64,000 nucleotides of DNA from Epithemia pelagica (taxonomy: Eukaryota > Protista > Bacillariophyta). Numbering within the stretch: position 1 is the first letter of the stretch; each line of letters begins with the position of its first letter. Shown piece after piece: positions 33,701 through 41,716 of this stretch. The stretch spans positions 2,790,001 to 2,854,000 of the forward strand of contig OX337234.1 in assembly GCA_946965045.2 (NCBI GenBank), written 5' to 3'. Under the pieces are notes generated by a model, which saw only the letters and a list, made by a program, of their open reading frames with translations, had not been told where the DNA came from and made no database searches. The position numbers were made by a program, and so were the translations under genes.

Positions 33701-36700
33701 GAGTCGTTTGGTTTCTGTTTGGGTGGCTATTAATGATACACCTCTTCGATTCTGTTGGTCGAGTGGCAGACCATGCGAATGTCCCCAGGCTACAAATTGA
33801 CACAATTGTCCAATACTTTGGGCGGTCAAGAGTTGTTCGGCATTTTCGGGAATTTCGGCCACGGCCCGACCATCCTGGTCGTGCGACGACGACACACCCA
33901 GCAGTGTGGCGAGAAATTGCAAGAGTCGGTGTTGGGTTTCAATACTCTTGGTTGCCGCCATGGAATGGACCAGAATCATCATGTCGGAAAAGGGACCAAT
34001 CCGTGCCGAATGAATGGCATACAATCGTTCGAGGCATTGAATGCACATGACGGCCACGGTTTGATTGCGATCCAATTCACACAAGAAACGTCGAAACAAG
34101 AGTTCCAGCAAGCGGACCGGGTCTTGCCAACTCTGGATAAACCCATCGCCGGCTTGCAACCACAAGCGCATGTACACACTGCCCACCTTGACTTCATGAT
34201 CGAGAGATGGATAGTCCACCTTGAATTGTTGATGATTCCAGGCCACATTTTGTGCGCCCCGCGCCTCTTGTTGTCGTTCAATGTATTGAATTTCGTGTTC
34301 CAAGGCGGCTCGCAATTCCTGTCGGGTCTGTTGGGACCAAATCAAATCGGCCAACGAATGGTCTTGAGTCAAGACGTGAAAAAAGATGCGAAAATTTTCC
34401 AATCGAGGCGTGGTTTGGGGGGCATGATGAAACTGGTGCCGTGATGATTCTGGTGATGGTTGTTGTTGTTGTTGCTGTGAAGAAGTACTAGTGGTTGGCG
34501 GAGCTACCGCGGCCGCACTGGCCCGACGAATCCGGGCCCTCAATCGTGCCGCATTGGCTCCCCCGGGCAGCCGTTGGCTGCTAGTGGTGGTTGTTGTTGT
34601 CGTGGTCGTTCCCGCAAAGACATCGCGTTCCATGGCATCCAATTGATCTTGTTCCATTTTACTCAATCCCGGCATGTTCAAATAGGGCAAAAAGCCCTGC
34701 GGGACCATGCGTTGCAACAATCGTTTTTCGGGACAGTCCAGCGGTCCCGACAACCACAAACTACACACAAAGCGACTCAAAAATCGTTGACCTTCCTGCG
34801 GACTAAACAGGGCGGCTTGAAAATGATGCAACAGGGTACCCGAACTCAGGGCCGCATTGCGAATGGCTTGGGCCGTTGCGGGAGCATGCGTCGAGATCAA
34901 GTGCAACAAGAGGGCGACATTTTCCAACACCACGGGTGTCGTGCAACGCCTTAAGGCCGTCAACAAGGAGGGATAGTGCTGCGCCACGGCTTGCAAAAGG
35001 ACCCGAAAGTGTGTGGGAGAGGTCGTATCGGACGAGGTACACAAGACACTTTGTAAAATGTCACTGGTCACCAGGACAATCAATTCACTGTGAGGATAAT
35101 GATAATGATGGTTCGTGTCGTTATTCGTCGTCGTGGAACCAAACAAGGACGAGACCAAGGCTTGTTGCAAGGCTGTTCCTCCTCGTGTCAAAATGACATT
35201 TTTGTTGACATATTCCGCTTCCATGTCCCGTGACTTGGTGGTCGTCGTGGTGGGCGTTGTGGTGGATGTAGTTGCACTGCTACTGGATGCTCCACGCGCC
35301 GACACGAGGGTTTGAATCAAGGTCCAGGCCCAATACTGACAAAAGACCGCCTGCGAGGACAGTCGTTGTTGTCGTTGTGGTTGTTGTGAGGATGACAATG
35401 GCAATGGCGCCCAAAGGGTGGAACCACAGGCATCCAACCAAACACCAAACGTGTCCAATTCCACCACGGTCCGATATCCCACGGGCGTTTGGACCAAGCG
35501 CACCATGGTTTGCAACAAGGTACCAGCGACCGAGTACGCAGGATTACTACTCGTAGTGTGATGGGTGGTGGATTCGCGTAACAAGTGGGCCACCAAGCCC
35601 GCCAAGGCCCCCAAGGTTCCCCGAATCCATTGGCTCGTCTTGGGATCATCCTCATTGTCTCGGATCGAATCCCACGGTCCTGTCCGTCTTGCATTTGGTG
35701 TCAGGGCCATGGGGACCGTGACATTGAATTCGCGACAGGCGCGTTGCAAGACGGTGGTTTCCGACACAATGCTGGGATTCTTGGCGTCTCGAGCGGCTGG
35801 ACCATTGGTTGCTGTTGTTGCTGTGGTGGTGGGGGAGCGGACCAAGGATTGCAAGTCCTGATAGACATGCGAGACATAGGCATGGGCTTGAGTGGACAAG
35901 GCATAGATGCGTTTGAGGGCCAAGGACGCGGCCGTCGTGTTGTTGTTGGGATTGTGACCCCCCAGTGTTGCATGGTAGGGTTCCGTCGTGACCGGTCCTC
36001 CCAACCAGGTCAAGGCATAACCAGTCGTGGCATGATCCAACAACAAGACGGATACTGGATCGTCGCTTGTTGTGGTGGTGGATTGAATGGCATCGAGCAA
36101 GGACACGACCAGGGCATCCCGAGTGGACGCCATGGATTGATAGACGGTAGGATGACCGTGTCCAAATTCCAAGACCACTTCTTCCCGGACCTGCGGGTCG
36201 TCCTCGTTCGTGTTGATATTGTTAATGGGGGGACGCACCAGGGCCACCAATTCGGACACGTGTCGACACGACACGAGTTCCATGCGGCCACCCGCCGGAT
36301 CCCGTTCCAACAAGTAGCCCTGTGTCGTCCAGGCCAAGGATCGTGTCACGACACCCTCCTCTGGTGATTGTTCTGGTGGTTGGGTCGTCCTCGGAGGACG
36401 ACGCTCGACGTACCGGCCATCGTGTCGATGAGTCGGTTTCCGGACCGTCCATTCTTGAACAATGCATCCCCACAATTCTTCTTGTTTCGCTTGGTCTTGT
36501 TGCTCTTGTTTGTACTGAATCCATTGGGGAATGGAACTCGAGTGTTCCAGGGGAATGCCCTCGCCGGGCACCCCGGAGGATCCATACAAGAGATGCGAGA
36601 CGGTGTCGTGGGCCACGGCAACAAATCGCGACCGTGGCGAGGTGGTGTGCGCATGCAACCCGGCCGCCGACGTCGGAGGCACAAATTCCCACAAGCGAAT

Positions 36701-37615
36701 CGTCCTTTTGGCAGTCGTATTGTTTGAATTGTGGTTCCGCCACAAGTGCACATGCAAGGCATGGTCGTGTCCGGCCGCCAAGGAAAGGGCGGCAATGCGC
36801 GTCCAGGGATAGACTTGCAGAATGGTGCGTCGTCCTTGAGCATTGTTGTGGTTGTTGCTGGTGGACAAGGACGACGACCATTCGACCAGTCCTTGCGGTT
36901 GACATTGCAACACAACGGGATACGTCGTGCCGTGACGCGTCCATCTCAAGGCGGGAAACGACACGGTGGGATCGACCAGAGGGGCTGGTAACAGCGATTG
37001 GGGTGGATGGGGCAAGGACTGTCGTGGTTGCGGCAAGGAGGATGCTCCAAAACACAAGTGCCATTGTTGTTGCCAAATACTGGTCAAGACGACCGATCGG
37101 GGCATGCTGCTGCATTGAAATTTGAGTCGTTCCTTGGTGTCCAAAGTGTGCAAGTACAAGGACTCCCAGTCTTCCTGGTTGTGGTTGTTGGTGGTGGTTG
37201 CCGTATGGGTGTTGGCGGGTGTGACGCGAATCCGCGTCAAGGGCCATCGATTGGTTTCCGTCCAATGCGGATGATCGACGGTCGGATCCAAGGTGAGGAC
37301 ATCGGTTGTGGTCACGACCAACAAACGGGTATAACCCGTCCGCCACGATCGCAATTTGGTCACCAAACATTGCAAGACAATGACCGACGAGGATGACGAC
37401 GATGAAGTAGAAGATGGAGCAGACGTGGGTGTCGCTGGGACGGCTGGTCGTGTGGCCGACGACGGCGTCGTTGTGATTGGTTGTGGTGTGGCACCCGCAG
37501 CAGTGCTGTTGTTGTGGTGGTTGCTGGAAGATACTTGATGCACTTGAGGAACGGAATAGGTCACTCGATCTCGTGGCCCACTTCCTCCTCCTCCGGATCG
37601 TCGCATGAGATTCAT
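27764..37615 (-). CDS. DNAJC13: RME-8/DNAJC13/GRV2 endosomal J-domain protein (3283 aa, apparently intronless)
   Basis: N-terminal [16 protein letters not shown]...[8 protein letters not shown]; GYF_2-like WY...GPYRVSEL; central J domain [45 protein letters not shown]; C-terminal [11 protein letters not shown]...[11 protein letters not shown]. Confidence 0.95.
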   Translation of the reverse strand: [3283 protein letters not shown]

Positions 37616-38159
37616 TTCGCTCTTCCTTTACACTCGTAGTGTCGTCGTCGCTGTTTGCTGTGGATTGTAGATTCCTCGTTTCGTCAATGCCGTTTCTCGT
37701 CGTCGTCGTTGACACACAACGGATCGGAGCGGCATTTTTTGCAGCGTACTGATTGATCCATAGTGACGTCATGATTCAGATGAGTCGCGAAAAGTATCAT
37801 TGAGTCGCTTTAAAGACGAGTTTAGGTCGCGTATAGCAAGATCGATGGATTTTTTCTCCACCATCTCTCATTTGATCATGACGACGTTGATGGAAGTCGA
37901 TCAGACGTTCCCGGTCGAATCCATCCGACGAGAAACAAAAGAAACTCGTGGGTCTATCTCTTTCCTTGTCGCAGTAGGTGACGAAAACGAACGAGGAACG
38001 GTGCTGCTCCTCTACTAGTAGCCCACGGCTATCGTGTAGTCATTTTCTCTCGCGGGGGCGAGAGGACGACGGTCATTACCACCCCACAACAAACCAAACC
38101 AAACAAGACGAAACACGAAACGATTCCCACAAAAACAACCACAACCACAATAACGGACC

Positions 38160-41100
38160 ATGAAATTTGTGGCCTTGGTGTCGGGAGGCAAGGATTCCTA
38201 TCATGCCATTCAACAAGCCATGGCGGTGGGACATGAATTGGTCGTCTGTCTGCACATGGCGGCCAAACCACGTCGGCCGCACCAACGCAAGGACGACAAG
38301 GACAAGGACACATCAAATGACGAAGAAGACGAAGAATCGTACATGTATCAAAGTGCGGGCAGTGAAGTGGTACGACAACAAGTGCAAGACTGCCTCCAAG
38401 TTCCCTACCTGGAATATACACGACGGGGGACCAGTCAACAAACCAGTCTCGTTTATCAATTTGACAATGACGCAAACCAAGAGGCGGATCATCATGTACC
38501 GCCCCCTCTACCATCTGCGCAATCCTCGCACGGTCACGACGAGGTGGAAGACTTGTATCATGCCCTCCGTCTCGTGTTGCAACACTATCCACAAGTCACG
38601 GCCGTGTGTTGCGGGGCCATTTTGTCCACGTATCAACGCGTGCGAGTCGAATATGTGGCTTGTCATGCCTTGCACTTGCATTCCTTGGCCTATCTCTGGC
38701 GGGCTGGATCGCAAGCGCAAGTCTTGGAGGCCATGCTCGAGTCCGGACTCGATGCCGTCGTGGTCCGCACAGCCGCACCGCCCGGCCTGTTGCCGCGGCG
38801 CCATTTGGGCCAACCCCTGTCGCACTTACAATCCTATATTCAACACACATTGTATCCGCGCTATCACTTTCATGTCTGTGGAGAAGGCGGCGAATACGAA
38901 ACCCTGTGCACGGCCTCCCCCTTGTTTGGTGGTGGTGGCGCACATCGACAGCAACACCAAGAACAACGACAGCGACACGAACGACGATTGGTCTTGGACC
39001 GCGTTCAAGTGGACTACGACGATCCAACGGATGAGACCGTGGCCAATTTGCGCATCTTGGCCAGTCATGTCCAAGAGGTGGTAGTGGTGGAAGAACCGAC
39101 CAAGGAGGGGGACGACGACACGGACGACGACAATGACAAGCACAACGACACGGACCATGGAGAGGCTCCCATTCCACAAGCGACCACAACAACGTCGTCC
39201 ACCAAACCACAGGACAACCGAGACCCAACCACCGCATTGAGTGCTACGACTACGACTCCCTCCTCCTCGGTCGTACCACCAACAACAGCAACTTTACCTG
39301 TTCTATCATCACCAACCCAGTATTATTCTTGTTGGCCAACCATCTCGCATGGTTGCGGCGGAGGAGGCTTGTGGCATGTGGGAGAAATTGCCTGTCCTTT
39401 ACCACCAGGCCATGGTCCCATTCACCACGACGATAACGACGACGACGAGTGGGAGGCCGCCTGTTCCGTGGAGGAAGCGCGTCACGTCTTGGCGTTACTT
39501 CAACAAGTCTTAGAGCACGAGTATGACTGTACCACACAGGATGTGGTCATGGTACACTTGTATCTGTCCCAAATGTCGCATTTTGCTCGCATCAATCAGT
39601 ATTACCAATCCTGTTTTGGACGCTTTTTGCCACCCTCTCGATCCTGTATTGCACCCGCTTCCCCCAACGACGACAAGAACAAGAACAATCGTCCTCGGGT
39701 CGTGTTGGATTGTTTGGTCCAACGAGGCAGTGGCCACGCCATGCGACACGTTGGCACGAGTTCAACGACCACGACCACGACCACTCCAAGTCCCCCACAA
39801 CGATCCGTCTTGCATGTCCAATCGCGATCCTTTTGGGCACCCGTCTGTGTCGGACCCTACAGTCAAGCGAATACGCTCTATCACGCCCTCCATTACTTGG
39901 CGGGACAAATTGGATTGGATCCTCCCACCATGACCTTGGTGCAACAACACCCGAACCGTCCCAGCCACAACCACCACAACAAGACTACCACCACCATGCC
40001 CTTGCTACACACCCCTACAGCCACTCCATGGATGTTTCAATTGCAACAAACCTGGACCAATTTGGCACAAGTTCTCGATGCCTTGGATCAAGGCCATTTG
40101 AATCGCAATACCTTGTCCTGTCTCATTTACGTACAACACGACAAGGTCGCGCCATGTCCGAACCAACCGTCGACGACCCAGAACCAACCACACAACAACA
40201 GCAATTCCCGGAATTCGAATCGATCCGACTGGTTGTTCCACCTCCAGACCATTTGTCAATCGAGTCTGGAAGAAAATGGTGGTGTCATTCCCGGATTGAT
40301 TGATTTTGGCGAACGAGTACTCCAGGACCACGACGACAACCAGGACGACTACGAAGACGAAGAAACACGATTGGCCGAAATGGCCGGGACGACCACAACC
40401 GCCACATTCCAAAGGACACCCTTTCCTCCTCTGTTGATTGTGTCGGTACCGGAATTGCCCGTGGGCGCCGAAATTGAAGTCGAGTTGGTGGCAGCCACAC
40501 AACCGGCCGTCACCTCGCTCGGCCGTACCCTCCATGCACCAATTGGTACCATCCACCCAATTTCCCCTTGTCGTAGTACCACGCCGTCCAATCCAACGGC
40601 CGTGTGGCAATGGGATACTGGACAACCAGGGTGGGAGGATTATCCGTCAGCGTTGCTGTCCTCGACGAACAACAACGACAATGACGACGACAGATGGACC
40701 ATTGAATCTCACTTGTGTACGCTGGGACGAGGATGTGCGGGCTATGCCATTGTCACGGCCTGCAAGCCTACCACTCCCTCCATCACTACGACCCTGTCGC
40801 CTTCGAACGCATCATCATTGACCTTTTCCACTCCAACGACACACATGACGATCCTTGCCAATCTCGAGCATGTCTTGGATAAAATGATGCAGACCTTGGA
40901 ACAGTCTTTGGGGCCTGACTTGACATGGAAGGAATTGTTGCACCTTCGCATCTATTATCTGGCCTCTGCCAATGCCGTGTTGGATCGACTCCGTACTGCA
41001 TTGGCCATGGCATGGACCATGCGACAGGCCTCACTTCCACGCCACGACAACAATACTTTGGCAGCCAAGATGCCGCCACCACAACTGCCTGCCACTACTT

Positions 41101-41276
41101 GGGTACCAGTGTATTCCATGCATCTATTGCACTTATTCGATGCCAATGCGACGGACAACCAGAAGAGCACTCAGAATAAGGACGAGGAAGAACAAGACAT
41201 GTTCTTGGCCATTCAGGCAACCTTTATTGAACCCACCAACCTTGAAACTGAATTGTGGATTCGATCCCCTCGATGA
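38160..41276 (+). CDS. DPH6: Diphthine--ammonia ligase with C-terminal RidA/YjgF-like domains
   Basis: MKFVALVSGGKDS, YMYQSAG, GAILSTYQRVRVE, LAYLWR, HVCGEGGEYETL; later HVQSRSFWAPVCVGPYSQA and VPELPVGAEIE. Confidence 0.93.
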   Translation: MKFVALVSGGKDSYHAIQQAMAVGHELVVCLHMAAKPRRPHQRKDDKDKDTSNDEEDEESYMYQSAGSEVVRQQVQDCLQVPYLEYTRRGTSQQTSLVYQFDNDANQEADHHVPPPLPSAQSSHGHDEVEDLYHALRLVLQHYPQVTAVCCGAILSTYQRVRVEYVACHALHLHSLAYLWRAGSQAQVLEAMLESGLDAVVVRTAAPPGLLPRRHLGQPLSHLQSYIQHTLYPRYHFHVCGEGGEYETLCTASPLFGGGGAHRQQHQEQRQRHERRLVLDRVQVDYDDPTDETVANLRILASHVQEVVVVEEPTKEGDDDTDDDNDKHNDTDHGEAPIPQATTTTSSTKPQDNRDPTTALSATTTTPSSSVVPPTTATLPVLSSPTQYYSCWPTISHGCGGGGLWHVGEIACPLPPGHGPIHHDDNDDDEWEAACSVEEARHVLALLQQVLEHEYDCTTQDVVMVHLYLSQMSHFARINQYYQSCFGRFLPPSRSCIAPASPNDDKNKNNRPRVVLDCLVQRGSGHAMRHVGTSSTTTTTTTPSPPQRSVLHVQSRSFWAPVCVGPYSQANTLYHALHYLAGQIGLDPPTMTLVQQHPNRPSHNHHNKTTTTMPLLHTPTATPWMFQLQQTWTNLAQVLDALDQGHLNRNTLSCLIYVQHDKVAPCPNQPSTTQNQPHNNSNSRNSNRSDWLFHLQTICQSSLEENGGVIPGLIDFGERVLQDHDDNQDDYEDEETRLAEMAGTTTTATFQRTPFPPLLIVSVPELPVGAEIEVELVAATQPAVTSLGRTLHAPIGTIHPISPCRSTTPSNPTAVWQWDTGQPGWEDYPSALLSSTNNNDNDDDRWTIESHLCTLGRGCAGYAIVTACKPTTPSITTTLSPSNASSLTFSTPTTHMTILANLEHVLDKMMQTLEQSLGPDLTWKELLHLRIYYLASANAVLDRLRTALAMAWTMRQASLPRHDNNTLAAKMPPPQLPATTWVPVYSMHLLHLFDANATDNQKSTQNKDEEEQDMFLAIQATFIEPTNLETELWIRSPR

Positions 41277-41716
41277 ATGAATGAAATACCAGTGAGGAGG
41301 CCTGTATGTACGGATAATTCCAAATGCGTTTTCCGAATCATTTCTGGCAGAATGACTTCTTGTGGCCGATGGAGAAAGCACCCGAGCTGTCTAGGAGGTG
41401 ATGTCCTTCCGGTGATTTTGGAAAGACCCAGCTACAAGATTTGAGAAAATCAATCATCTATTAAACTAGATAGCACTATGGTGTTTTGGCAGTTAGAACT
41501 AGTGCCAATTTGAGAGGAGTTGCTTCAAAACCTATGGCCAATGTTTTTGCCCTCTCCAACCACAAGCTGTCACTTTCTCGTTTCGTTTTCACCATACCCA
41601 TTTCCATCACCAACTGCCAGAGAACATCCCAGAGGATCTCGCGGCCGCCAGACTGTCCTTCTTGGCAATTTGTATTTTGGTGTTGTGCAACGATTTATCG
41701 TACTGTTTTTGCCTTC

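Noticed and set aside
36222-37772. 516-aa minus-strand ORF and many 100-300 aa ORFs overlapping RME-8, DPH6, GT10 and VPS53
   Set aside because: Alternative-frame or antisense by-products of GC-rich, triplet-repetitive coding DNA; no motifs.
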